Below are positions 1-10,880 of a stretch of 64,000 nucleotides of DNA, in pieces; position 1 is the stretch's first letter; every line of letters begins with the position of its first letter. Source of the DNA: Burkholderiaceae bacterium (lineage in GTDB: Bacteria; Pseudomonadota; Gammaproteobacteria; Burkholderiales; Burkholderiaceae_C); NCBI GenBank assembly GCA_024235895.1, contig JACKLM010000009.1, forward strand, positions 19,380 to 83,379, given 5' to 3'. A program made the position numbers and the translations under genes. The notes beneath the pieces were generated by a model. It searched no databases, had not been told where the DNA came from, and saw only the letters and a program-made list of their open reading frames with translations.

Positions 1-2
1 GC

Positions 3-1700
3 ATGAAACAACTCTCCGGGCTCGACGCCACCTTCCTGTTCCTCGAGACGCCGGAGATGCCGATGCACGTCGGCGCGCTGCAGCTGCTGCAGCGGCCGGC
101 CGGGCAGCGCGGCCGCTTCGCGCCGTTGCTGCGCAAGCATGTCGCGGCGCGGCTGCCGGCGGCCCCGGTGCTGTGCCGGCGCCTGTGGTGGATGCCGCTG
201 AACCTGGCCAACCCGGCCTGGGTCGACGCCCGGCCGGACCTGCGCTGGCACATCGTCGAGCACCGGCTGTCGGCCGGCGCCGGGATGGCCGAGCTGCGTG
301 CGCGCGTGGCCGAGCTGCACGTCGAGCTGCTCGACCGCGAGCGCCCGCTGTGGCGCATGCACGTCTTCGAGGGCTTGGGCCCGGGGCCTGACGGCGGCCA
401 GCTCGTGGGCCTGTATACCCAGCTTCATCACGCCGCGGTCGACGGCCAGGCCGCGGTCGCACTGGCCCAGGTGCTGCTCGACCCCAGCCCCGAGCCACGC
501 CAGCCGCCCAGGCGCGCACCGCGCCGCGGCGGCGTCTTCCAGCTCGGGATGAGCGAGATGCTGCGCGGTGCGCTGGCGCGCCAGGCGAGCCAGGTCGCGC
601 ACATCGTCCGCGAGCTGCCGGCCACCGTCGGCACGGTCAAGGATGCGGCGCTGGCGGCGGCGTCGCGCAGCACCCTGTTCGGCGGCCGCGCGCGCGAGTC
701 CAACATCACGCTGGCGCCGAGGCTGCCGATCAATGCCACCGTCGGCCGCACGCGCGCCTTCGGCACCGCGTCGCTGCCGCTGGCCCAGGTCAAGGCGCTG
801 GGCAAGGCGCTGGACGCGACCGTCAACGACATGGTGCTGATGCTGTGCGGCAGCGCGCTGCGCCGCTACCACGCGCGCCGCCAGCTGCTGCCGCGCAAGA
901 GCATGGTCGCCGCGGTGCCGATCTCGCTGCGCGAGGCCGGCGACACGCGTGCCGACAACCAGGCGTCGATGAGCCTGGTCAGCCTGGGCACGCACATCGC
1001 CGACCCGCGCAAGCGCCTGGAGCATGTGCTGGCGGCGACCGAGGCGATGAAGGCGGCGATGGGGTCGGTCGAGAGCCTGCTGCCGACCGACTTCCCGTCG
1101 CTCGGCGTGCCCTGGCTGATGGAGGCCGCGGCGTCGCTGTACGGGCGCGCCCGGCTGGCCGACCGCATCCCGCAGGTCGCCAACCTCGTCATCTCCAACG
1201 TGCCCGGGGTGCCGGTGCCGCTGTACCTGGCCGGCGCGCGCATCCTCAGCAACCATCCGACCTCGATCGTCGTCCACGGGCTGGGGCTCAACATCACGGT
1301 GCAGAGCCAGGCCGGCTGGCTGGACTTCGGCCTCATGGCCGATGGCGAGGCGATGCCCGACGTGCAGCTGCTCGCCGACGACCTGCGCGTGGCGTTCGAG
1401 GACCTGCACGAGCTGGTGCCCGAGATCGCGTCGCCCGAGGCCTCGCTGTTCGGGCTGGCACGGCGCGGCCTGGGGCAGGCGGTCGACGTCGCCACCGGGG
1501 TGGCGACGCGCACCGCGCGCGGCGTCGTCGACTCGGCCGCCGGCGTCGCCGCGCGCACCGCACGCGGCGTCGTCGACACCGCGGTGCGCACCGCGGTCGG
1601 CAGCGTCGTGCGCGGGGCCGGCGCAGCCCTGAACAGCGGCGGTGGTGGCAGCGGACGCGGTACCAGCGGGCGCCGCGGCAAGGGCCACGGCGAAGGCTAA
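3..1700 (+). CDS. Wax ester synthase/diacylglycerol acyltransferase (WS/DGAT) with a repetitive C-terminal extension
   Basis: N-terminus MKQLSGLDATFLFLETPEMPMHVG, catalytic HHAAVDG (HHxxxDG) motif and C-terminal NLVISNVPG motif typical of WS/DGAT. ATG at 3; upstream context is outside the window. Confidence 0.92.
   Translation: MKQLSGLDATFLFLETPEMPMHVGALQLLQRPAGQRGRFAPLLRKHVAARLPAAPVLCRRLWWMPLNLANPAWVDARPDLRWHIVEHRLSAGAGMAELRARVAELHVELLDRERPLWRMHVFEGLGPGPDGGQLVGLYTQLHHAAVDGQAAVALAQVLLDPSPEPRQPPRRAPRRGGVFQLGMSEMLRGALARQASQVAHIVRELPATVGTVKDAALAAASRSTLFGGRARESNITLAPRLPINATVGRTRAFGTASLPLAQVKALGKALDATVNDMVLMLCGSALRRYHARRQLLPRKSMVAAVPISLREAGDTRADNQASMSLVSLGTHIADPRKRLEHVLAATEAMKAAMGSVESLLPTDFPSLGVPWLMEAAASLYGRARLADRIPQVANLVISNVPGVPVPLYLAGARILSNHPTSIVVHGLGLNITVQSQAGWLDFGLMADGEAMPDVQLLADDLRVAFEDLHELVPEIASPEASLFGLARRGLGQAVDVATGVATRTARGVVDSAAGVAARTARGVVDTAVRTAVGSVVRGAGAALNSGGGGSGRGTSGRRGKGHGEG
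1482..1590 (+). repeat. 45-bp imperfect tandem repeat (about 2.4 copies) encoding 15-aa repeats in the WS/DGAT tail
   Basis: gtcgac-initiated units at 1482, 1527 and 1572 give VDVATGVATRTARGV / VDSAAGVAARTARGV / VDTAVRTA. Confidence 0.85.
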
Positions 1701-1735
1701 GATCGGCCCCGGACACCCCGACCGGTACCTTGCCG

Positions 1736-2605
1736 ATGCCACGATCTGCCCGCTCCGCCACCGCGCCCGGCCTGGCTGCCAGCCGCAGCCGGCATCCCGT
1801 GCCCGATGCCGACGCGCCGGCCGGCCACGAGTCGCCCTTGCCGCCAGGGCCCTGGCTGCTGATGCTGGAGGCACGCGCGCCCTGGGAGCTGGCGGCGCTG
1901 CTGGCGGTGTCGCCGTGGATGCACCGCATGCCCGCCGGCGACGGCCACCCGGTGCTGGTCTTCCCGGGGCTGGGGGCGTCGGACACCAGCACGCTGGCGG
2001 TGCGGCAGTTCCTGCAGCGCCAGGGCTTCACGCCCTATCCGTGGGAGCAGGGGCTCAACCTGGGGCCGCGTCCGGGCGTGCTGGAACGATGCCGCGAACG
2101 GCTGGACGCGCTACGGCGTCGCCACCGCGAGAAGGTCAGCCTCGTCGGCTGGAGCCTGGGCGGGATCTACGCGCGCGAGCTGGCCAAGGAGGCCCCGGAC
2201 GAGGTGCGCTGCGTCGTCACGCTGGGCACGCCGTTCACCGGCCACCCGCGGGCGACCAACGCCTGGCGCTTCTACGAACTGGTCAGCGGCCACCAGACCC
2301 ACGATGCCGAACTGCTGGCCGAGGTGCGCAGGCCGCCGCCGGTGCCGACGACCTCGATCTACAGCCGCACCGACGGCATCGTCGCCTGGGAGTGCAGCAT
2401 CAACCCGCCCGGTCACCCGCACACCGAGAATATCGAGGTCCGTGCCAGCCACCTCGGCATGGGCATGAACCCGCTGGCGCTGTATGCGATCGCCGACCGG
2501 CTGCGGCAGGACCCGGCGCACTGGCGGCGTTTCGACGTCGCCGGCGCGCGGCGCTGGTTCTTCAAGGTCGCGCACCAGCCGCACGCGCTGGTCGACGCGT
2601 ACTGA
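1736..2605 (+). CDS. Alpha/beta hydrolase (lipase/esterase-like)
   Basis: HPVLVFPGLG oxyanion region, GWSLGG nucleophile elbow, SIYSRTDGIV and SHLGMG. Start set at ATG 1736, just after the WS/DGAT stop; the ORF-track start at 845 lies inside WS/DGAT. Confidence 0.85.
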   Translation: MPRSARSATAPGLAASRSRHPVPDADAPAGHESPLPPGPWLLMLEARAPWELAALLAVSPWMHRMPAGDGHPVLVFPGLGASDTSTLAVRQFLQRQGFTPYPWEQGLNLGPRPGVLERCRERLDALRRRHREKVSLVGWSLGGIYARELAKEAPDEVRCVVTLGTPFTGHPRATNAWRFYELVSGHQTHDAELLAEVRRPPPVPTTSIYSRTDGIVAWECSINPPGHPHTENIEVRASHLGMGMNPLALYAIADRLRQDPAHWRRFDVAGARRWFFKVAHQPHALVDAY

Positions 2606-2615
2606 CCCGGGTCCG

Positions 2616-3521
2616 ATGCGGGTTGCCGCCAACGGCCTGGCGATCGAGGTCGACGATCGCGGCCCGGCCGCCGGCGAGCCGCTGCTGCTCGTCATGGGGC
2701 TGGGCATGCAGCTGCTCGGCTGGCCGGACGAGCTGGTCGATGCGCTGGCGGCACGCGGGTTGCGCCCGATCCGATTCGACAACCGCGACACCGGGCTGAG
2801 CCAGGGCTTCGACCACCTCGGCGTGCCGAACCTGCCGGCGGCGATGCTGCGCTGGATGCTGAGGCTGCCGGTGCCGGCACCGTACCGGCTCGCCGACATG
2901 GCGGCCGACGCGCTGGGCGTGCTCGATGCGCTGGGCCTCGAGCGCGCGCATGTCTGCGGCGCCTCGATGGGCGGCATGATCGCGCAGCACCTGGCGGCGC
3001 ACCACCCCGACCGCGTCGCCAGCCTGACGCTGATGATGACGACCAGCGGCTCGCGCCGCCTGCCGCAGCCGGCGATGCACGTGCGCCGGGCACTGCTCGG
3101 GCGGCCGCGCAGCAAGGACCCGGACGATATCGTCGCCTATCTGGAGCGGCTGCTGCACGTCATCGGCAGCCCCGGCTACCGCCCGGATCCGCTGCGCCAG
3201 CGCGAGCGGCTGCAGGCCTTCGTCGCCCGCGCCTGGCGGCCCGCGGGCACGGCGCGCCAGTTGCTGGCGATCGCCGCCGACGGCGACCGCACGCCGATGC
3301 TGCGCCAGATCCGCGCGCCGACCGCGATCATCCACGGCCGCGCCGACCCGCTGGTGCCGCCGGCCTGCGGCGAGGACCTGGCACACCGCATCGCCGGCGC
3401 GACGATCGACCTCGTACCCGGCATGGGGCACGACCTGCCGTTGGAGCTGCTGCCGCGCTTCGCCGACACGATCGCAGGGGTCGCGCGGCGTGCGGGGGGT
3501 GCCATCGAGGGCCGCACGTGA
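2616..3521 (+). CDS. Alpha/beta hydrolase (MhpC/Pip-like fold)
   Basis: LLLVMGLGMQL, RFDNRDTGLS, GASMGG elbow, IIHGRADPLV, GMGHDLP. ATG at 2616. Confidence 0.9.
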   Translation: MRVAANGLAIEVDDRGPAAGEPLLLVMGLGMQLLGWPDELVDALAARGLRPIRFDNRDTGLSQGFDHLGVPNLPAAMLRWMLRLPVPAPYRLADMAADALGVLDALGLERAHVCGASMGGMIAQHLAAHHPDRVASLTLMMTTSGSRRLPQPAMHVRRALLGRPRSKDPDDIVAYLERLLHVIGSPGYRPDPLRQRERLQAFVARAWRPAGTARQLLAIAADGDRTPMLRQIRAPTAIIHGRADPLVPPACGEDLAHRIAGATIDLVPGMGHDLPLELLPRFADTIAGVARRAGGAIEGRT

Positions 3522-4560
3522 ATCGACGCGCGTCGCCCTGGCGCCTCAGCGTCGCGCCGATGATGGAGTGGACTGACCGGCATTGCCGCTGGTTCCACCG
3601 CCAGATCACGCGTCGCGCGCGGCTGTACACGGTGATGATCACGACCGGTGCGCTGCGCCACGGCGATGCGGCGCGGCACCTGGACTTCGACCCCGCCGAG
3701 CACCCGGTCGCGCTGCAGGTCGGCGGCAGCGAGCCGGAGGAGCTCGCGCACGCGGCGCGGCTGGCCGAGCGCTGGGGCTACGACGAGATCGACCTCAACT
3801 GCGGCTGCCCGAGCGAGCGCGTGCAGCGCGGCGCCTTCGGCGCCTGCCTGATGCGCGAGCCGCGCACGGTCGCCGACGGCGTGAAGGCGATGCGCGATGC
3901 GGTCGCGATCCCGGTCACGGTCAAGCACCGCATCGGCGTCGACCACGATGACCACTACGGCTTCGTGCGCGACTTCGTCGGCACGGTGGCCGACGCCGGC
4001 TGCGAGGTCTTCGTCGTCCACGCTCGCAGCGCCTGGCTGCAGGGGCTGAGCCCGAAGGAAAACCGCGAGATCCCGCCGCTGCGCCACGAGGTCGCGCACC
4101 AGCTCGCGCGCGACTTCCCGGCGCTGACGATCGTCGTCAACGGCGGCCTCGCCGGCGACGAGTCGATCGCCGCGCAACTGGCCCAGGTCGACGGCGTCAT
4201 GGTCGGCCGCGACGCCTACCACCACCCCTGGCACATGGCCGACTGGGACCGGCGCTTCTTCGGCGAGGCGACGCCGGCGCCGACGCGCGAGGCGGTGGAG
4301 GAGGCGATGGTCGGCTACATGGCGCGCCAGGCGGCGCTGGGCGTACCTTGGCCGGCGATCGCGCGCCACATGCTCGGGCTGTGGCACGGCACGCCCGGCG
4401 CGCGCCGCTGGCGGCAGGTGTGGTCGGACCACCGGCTGCGCGACGAGCCGGTCGCGCGCGTGGCCGCGATCGCGACGGCGGCGCGGCTGGGCGCGGCAAT
4501 CCGGGATGCCGACGCGGACGCGGACGGCGAGGCGGCGCCGCAGCCGCAGGAGCTCGGGAC

Positions 4561-4564
<4 letters not shown>
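3518..4564 (+). CDS. dusA: tRNA-dihydrouridine synthase DusA
   Basis: SVAPMMEWTDRHCR, DLNCGCPSERVQRGAFGACLM, KENREIPPL. The start overlaps the upstream stop (GTGA). Confidence 0.95.
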
Positions 4565-5663
<1,099 letters not shown>

Positions 5664-5667
<4 letters not shown>

Positions 5668-6347
5668 CGGCGCGGCGCAGACCTGCGGCGGACGAGGCCG
5701 CCGCCCGTGCGTCCGTCGTCGACGCCATGCGCCGGCTCGACGCGATCGGGCTGAACCGCGGCAGCACCGGCAACGCCAGCGTGCGCTGGGCGCACGGCGG
5801 CCGGCCCGGGATGCTGGTCACGCCGACCGGGTCGGACGCCGTGTCGCTGAGGCCGCAGGACCTGTGCTGGGTCGGCGACGACGGAGCGTTCGAGGGGCCG
5901 TGGGCGCCGTCGTCGGAGTGGCGGCTGCACCAGGCCGCGTATGCGGCGCGGCCCGAGCTCGCTGCGGTGCTGCACACGCACGCCGAGCACGCGACGGCGC
6001 TGGGCTGCATCGGGCGGGGTTTGCCGGCCTTCCACTACATGGTCGCGGTCGCCGGCGGCGACGACGTGCCGCTGGTGCCGTATGCGGGCTTCGGCAGCGT
6101 GGCGCTCGCGCAAGGGGTCGCGCAGGCGTTGCGGTCCCGCCTGGCCTGCCTGCTCGCGCAGCATGGGCTGGTCAGCGCCGGCCGGACGATGGCGCAGGCG
6201 CTGGCGGTGATGATCGAGGTCGAGAGCCTGGCCCGCACTTATTTGCTCGCGCTCTCCGCGGGAACCCCGTCGATTCTCGATGCCGGGGAAATGGCGCGCG
6301 TCGTCGAAAAGTTTACCGGCTACGGCAGGAAAAGGCAGGCCCGGTAA
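5664..6347 (+). CDS. Class II aldolase/adducin family protein (FucA/Ald2-like)
   Basis: GSTGNASVR, PSSEWRLH, HTH and QHG zinc-ligand motifs. ATGA overlap with the mtnA stop. Confidence 0.88.
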
Positions 6348-6446
6348 ACGGATCGGGCCTGCGACAAATACCACTGCGCAAGAAAGACGACGGCGCCACA
6401 CGGGCGCCGCAGGCACACCGAACCGCTCACGCGGCCGGGGGCAAAC

Positions 6447-6830
6447 TCAGAACTGCTGGTAGGTATTGGTGCGGTAGACGTCGCGCGGCGGCGGTGTGGC
6501 CCGGATGATGCGCGTCTTGGACGTGATCAGCCCCGGCTCGTCGACCGACCACGCAGCCTTGGCGCGAGACCCGGCGACCATCGGCTGGGGCGATGCGCGC
6601 GGGCGCTCCCGGACGTAGGCCTCGGCCTGCGCGGGCCGGGCGAAATAGCGAACCCGCCGCGGGCTGACGTTGGCCCGGCACAGCCGCCCCTCGGCGACCA
6701 GCGCCTCGGCGGCGCGCCGTACCTGTTCGGGTGAATACCCTGTTACCTCGCTGGCTGAAAATCCGGCAGGGGTTTGGGCAATGGATTCGAGGGTCAAATG
6801 GAGCGTGGTTTGCAGGGGCTTCGTGCTCAT
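6447..6830 (-). CDS. Small hypothetical protein (possible winged-helix-like N-terminal half)
   Basis: Isolated 127-130 aa ORF filling the gap between two genes, with a non-shadow amino-acid composition. Start at 6830 or 6839. Confidence 0.6.
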   Translation of the reverse strand: MSTKPLQTTLHLTLESIAQTPAGFSASEVTGYSPEQVRRAAEALVAEGRLCRANVSPRRVRYFARPAQAEAYVRERPRASPQPMVAGSRAKAAWSVDEPGLITSKTRIIRATPPPRDVYRTNTYQQF

Positions 6831-6890
6831 GCTGAGCATTCTAACGAAACTTGGGTATCCACCCTGGCATGGCGGAAATGACGCAGTCGC

Positions 6891-7823
6891 TCAGTGCGGT
6901 ATCTGGGCACTTGCCGCCACGCGTGCGCCGGTACGCGTGTCGGGCCAGGCCGCGAGCAGCAGCCCGGCCAGCGCCAGCCCCAGCGCCAGCGCGTGCCCGC
7001 CGCCGAAGGGCTCGCCGAGCCAGCCGACGCCGATCGCCGCCGCCGTCACCGGCAGCAGCACGGTGAAGACCCCGGCGCGCGCCGCCGGCACCCGCGCCAG
7101 CCCCTTCATCCACAGCCAGACCGAGAACATGCTGGCTGCCAGCGCATAGTAGACGAGCAGCCCCCAGACGCCTGCACCGACGGCCTGGAAGTCGAAGCGG
7201 ACTGCCTGCCAAAGCGCCAGCGGCGTCACCAGCGCCAGCCCCCACAGGTTGATGAGGGCCGAGATCCGGCGCGGGGAGACCTGCGCCGTCAGCCGCTTGC
7301 CGATGACGACGTAACTCGCCTCGCAGAAGACGGCGCCGATCAGCAGCGCGTAGCCCCACCAGGCGCCCGCCGGCGCCGCGTCGCCGTCGCGCTGCCAGGC
7401 GAGCAAGGCGATCCCGGCGGCGGCCAGCGCGATCGCCGCCGCGACCCGCGGCCGGATCGGCTCGCCCAGACCGAGGCGCGCGAGCAGCGCGACCGCGGCC
7501 GGCAGCGCTGCCATCACGACGCCCGCGGCCAGCGCCGAGGTCGCTGCGACACCGAACAGCATGCAGATCGAAAAGCCGAAGTTGCCGAGGAAGCTCTCCC
7601 AGAACAGCAGCCTGCGGTCGCGCGCGCTCAGGCGTGGCTCGCCCGGCGCGCGCCACAGCCAGGGCAGCATCGCGACCGCGCCGATGCCGAAGCGCAGCCA
7701 CGCGAGCAGCAAGACCGGGAATGCCGCCACCAGCAGCCGCGACAGGCCGACGTAGCTGCCCACCAGCACCATGCTCGCGGCCAGCGCCGAATAGGCCAGC
7801 GCGGTCGCGGCGGCGGGGTTCAT
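6891..7823 (-). CDS. DMT/EamA family transporter
   Basis: About 10 hydrophobic segments in two repeated halves; LLAWLRFGIGA and GVGWLGEP motifs. Confidence 0.9.
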   Translation of the reverse strand: MNPAAATALAYSALAASMVLVGSYVGLSRLLVAAFPVLLLAWLRFGIGAVAMLPWLWRAPGEPRLSARDRRLLFWESFLGNFGFSICMLFGVAATSALAAGVVMAALPAAVALLARLGLGEPIRPRVAAAIALAAAGIALLAWQRDGDAAPAGAWWGYALLIGAVFCEASYVVIGKRLTAQVSPRRISALINLWGLALVTPLALWQAVRFDFQAVGAGVWGLLVYYALAASMFSVWLWMKGLARVPAARAGVFTVLLPVTAAAIGVGWLGEPFGGGHALALGLALAGLLLAAWPDTRTGARVAASAQIPH

Positions 7824-7865
7824 CGCGAAGACGGCCGGGCGCCGGTGCGGACTCGGCGCGTTCGG

Positions 7866-9359
7866 TCAGGCGGCGTCGATGCGAACCCAGGTCGTCTTCA
7901 GCTCGGTCACCTTGTCGAACGCGTGCAGCGACTTGTCGCGCCCGTTGCCGCTTTGCTTGACGCCGCCGAAGGGCACGGTGATGTCGTCCTCGTCGTAGCT
8001 GTTGACGTGCACGGTGCCGGCGCGCAGCCGGCGCGCCACCCGGTGCGCGCGGCTCAGGTGGTCGCTCCAGACGCTGGCCTGCAGCCCGTAGGGGCTGGCG
8101 TTGGCGATCGCGACCGCCTCGGCCTCGTCGCGGAAGCGGATCACGCTCATCACCGGGCCGAAGATCTCCTCGCGCGCGATCGTCATCTCGTTGGCGACAC
8201 CGTCGAAGACGGTCGGCTCGACGTAGAAGCCGCCGCTGTCCTCGTGCACGCGCCGCCCGCCGCAGACCAGCCGTGCGCCGTCGCCGCGGCCGGACTCGAT
8301 GTAGCCGAGCACGGTGCGCATCTGCGTCTCGTCGACCAGCGCGCCGAGCACGGTCGAAGGCTGCAGCGGGTCGGCCGGCGCGTACTTCGGCGCCTCGGCG
8401 GCGACGATCTCGACGAAGCGGTCGGCGATCGATTCGTGCACCAGCACGCGCGACGGCGCGTTGCAGCTCTCGCCCTGGTTGAAGAACATGCTGCCGGCGG
8501 CGGTCTTCGCCGCGCGTTCCAGATCGGCGAAATCGTCGAAGACGACGAAGGCCGACTTGCCGCCGAGTTCGTTGAAGACGCGCTTGAGGTTGCTGCGGCT
8601 GGCGTACTCGAGCATGCGCCGGCCGGTGCGGGTGGAGCCGGTGAAGCCGATCGCGTCGACATCCATGTGCAGCGCCAGCGCCTCGCCGGCCTCGTGGCCG
8701 TAGCCGGGCACGACGTTGAAGACCCCTGGCGGCAGCCCGGCGTCGATCGCGATCTCGGCCAGCCGCATCGCCGTCAGCGGGCTCTTCTCGCTCGGCTTGA
8801 GGACGACCGAGTTGCCCGCCGCCAGCGCCGGCCCGAGCTTCCAGGCCGCCATGACCATCGGGTAGTTCCACGGCACGACGACGCCGACGACGCCGACCGG
8901 CTCGCGCCGGATCAGCGCCAGCGCGGTGTCGGCGGTCGGCGCGATCTCGTCGTAGATCTTGTCCACCGCCTCCGCGTACCACGCGATCGTGCGCGAGGTG
9001 GCCGGCACGTCGACCGCGAGCGCGTACTGGATCGGCTTGCCCATGTCCAGGGTTTCCAGCAGCGCGAGTTCGTCGCGCGCGGCGAGGATCTTGTCGGCGA
9101 AGCGCTGCAGCACCTTCTTGCGCGCCGCCGGCGACTTGCCGGCCCAGCGCCGGTCCTCGAACGCGGCGCGCGCGGCGGCGACGGCAGCGTCGATGTCGGC
9201 GCCGCCGCCGCGTGCGACCTCGGCCAGCAGCCGGCCGTCGATCGGCGAGTGCTTGGCGAAGACGGCGCCGTCGGTGGCTGCGCGGCGCTCGCCGCCGATC
9301 AGCGCGCGGCCGTCGGGACGGAGGGTGGCCGCGCGTACGGCCCAGTCGGGAGCGTTCAT
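7866..9359 (-). CDS. puuC: Aldehyde dehydrogenase, PuuC/PauC type (gamma-glutamyl-gamma-aminobutyraldehyde dehydrogenase)
   Basis: PWNYP, KPSEKSPL, FTGST, ELGGKS, FFNQGESC, EEIFGPV, PFGGVKQSGNGRDKSLHA. Start MNAPDW at 9359. Confidence 0.9.
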   Translation of the reverse strand: MNAPDWAVRAATLRPDGRALIGGERRAATDGAVFAKHSPIDGRLLAEVARGGGADIDAAVAAARAAFEDRRWAGKSPAARKKVLQRFADKILAARDELALLETLDMGKPIQYALAVDVPATSRTIAWYAEAVDKIYDEIAPTADTALALIRREPVGVVGVVVPWNYPMVMAAWKLGPALAAGNSVVLKPSEKSPLTAMRLAEIAIDAGLPPGVFNVVPGYGHEAGEALALHMDVDAIGFTGSTRTGRRMLEYASRSNLKRVFNELGGKSAFVVFDDFADLERAAKTAAGSMFFNQGESCNAPSRVLVHESIADRFVEIVAAEAPKYAPADPLQPSTVLGALVDETQMRTVLGYIESGRGDGARLVCGGRRVHEDSGGFYVEPTVFDGVANEMTIAREEIFGPVMSVIRFRDEAEAVAIANASPYGLQASVWSDHLSRAHRVARRLRAGTVHVNSYDEDDITVPFGGVKQSGNGRDKSLHAFDKVTELKTTWVRIDAA

Positions 9360-9369
9360 CGTGCGGTGC

Positions 9370-10794
9370 TCAGAAGCTGACGACGACCGAGGTGCCGAAC
9401 AGGTGGTTGCGCTTGTGCCAGCTGCCATCGGTGTACTGGAAGACGTAGCCGTCGGCACCGTCCAGCCGGTACTCGACCTTGAAGGTCGTGTTCAACCCGT
9501 AGCGGTAGTTCAGGCCGACCGACAGCGCATAGCGGTTCGCCCCCTTGCCCGACGGATCGGGCTCCCACTCGCCGGAGTCGGCGGCCAGCACCATCTTCGG
9601 GCCGAAACCGTTGCGCGCATCCGGGCACACGCCGTCGACGATCGTCCCGCCGGTCAGGTTGCCGTCGTCGTCGCGCTCGGGCAGTTCGCACTCGAAATTC
9701 GGCACCGAGCCGAAGATCCCGCCGCCGTTCTTGTCGTTCTTGATGACGTCCGCACGCACCAGCGCCTTCAGGCGGGGCGTGATCGCGTACGACGCCAGCC
9801 CCGACAGGCCGGCCCACTCGGCGTCGCCGTCCGCCGCGCCGTCGCGCAGCCGGCCGATGCCGGCCTGGCCCTGGTAGGCCCAGTTGCCGCGTTCCCAGTA
9901 GAAGTCGGCCTCCAGCGTGTCGATGCGGGCGTCGAAGCTGCTGCCGTGCACGCCGGCCAGGCCCCAGCCGCCGAACTCGCCGAGCCAGTAGTCGACGCGG
10001 TAGGCCAGCACCGGCGCGCGGTTGTCGCGGTCGTAGCGCGTGGCGTTCATGTTGCCGAGCAGGACCTTGGTCTCCCAGTTGCCGCGGATCCAGTACAGCG
10101 CGGCGCCGGTGTAGAAGCTCGGCAGCGTGAAGTCGAACAGCAGGTTGTGGGTGACGAAGGGCTGCTCGTGCGGCAGCGTGTACTCGTAGCCCGACCAGTC
10201 GGGGATCTGGCCGAGGATCAGGCGCGTCTGGTTGTCCTGCAGCGGCAGCGAGACCGTGGCCTCGTGCACGATCGAATCGACCTTGAACGCCGACGAGGCG
10301 TTCTTGCCCGGCGCCAGCGTCAGCCGCCACTGGGTGCCGTCCTCGGTCTCCTTCTGGATGTCGAGCACGGCCATGCCGAAGTAGCTGTTGTCGTAGGCGT
10401 ACATGTCGTCCGCATACGAGAAGTCGCTGCCGCTGCCGCCGTAACCGTTCAGGAAGGCGAAACTGCCGTTGCCGCCGCGCGTCCAGATGAAGGTCGGATC
10501 GATCATGCCGCTGATCGTCAGGCCCTTGTAGCCCTGGTCGCTGAAGTTGTCCTCCATCGCCTCGGTCTTGAGCGCGATGCGGTTGAACTCGGCCGCCTGC
10601 TCGGGCGTCATGCCCCACTGGGGCTTGGCCGGGGTCTTCGCCTTGACGGACTCGAGCTGCGCCTCGAGCTGGCCGACGCGCTCGCGCAGCGCGCGCAGCT
10701 CGTCGAGGATCTGCTGGTTGGTGGCCTGCGCCTGCGCCGCCGGGTAGGCGGCGAGCAGCGACAGCGCGAGCAGGGTAGGGCGCAAGGTCTTCAT
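9370..10794 (-). CDS. Outer-membrane porin-like protein (DUF3138-like)
   Basis: Signal peptide MKTLRPTLLALSLLAAYPAAQA, short coiled coil, aromatic-rich beta-strand pattern, terminal Phe (SVVVSF). RBS GAGGAG upstream; lies within the pot operon. Confidence 0.75.
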   Translation of the reverse strand: MKTLRPTLLALSLLAAYPAAQAQATNQQILDELRALRERVGQLEAQLESVKAKTPAKPQWGMTPEQAAEFNRIALKTEAMEDNFSDQGYKGLTISGMIDPTFIWTRGGNGSFAFLNGYGGSGSDFSYADDMYAYDNSYFGMAVLDIQKETEDGTQWRLTLAPGKNASSAFKVDSIVHEATVSLPLQDNQTRLILGQIPDWSGYEYTLPHEQPFVTHNLLFDFTLPSFYTGAALYWIRGNWETKVLLGNMNATRYDRDNRAPVLAYRVDYWLGEFGGWGLAGVHGSSFDARIDTLEADFYWERGNWAYQGQAGIGRLRDGAADGDAEWAGLSGLASYAITPRLKALVRADVIKNDKNGGGIFGSVPNFECELPERDDDGNLTGGTIVDGVCPDARNGFGPKMVLAADSGEWEPDPSGKGANRYALSVGLNYRYGLNTTFKVEYRLDGADGYVFQYTDGSWHKRNHLFGTSVVVSF

Positions 10795-10880
10795 CGTGGC
10801 TCTCCTCGTCAGGGTCCGGGTCTCGGGGCGTCGTGGCGAATCGTGGGGCGAAGCCGGGGTCGTCGTGGTGGGGGTCGGGT

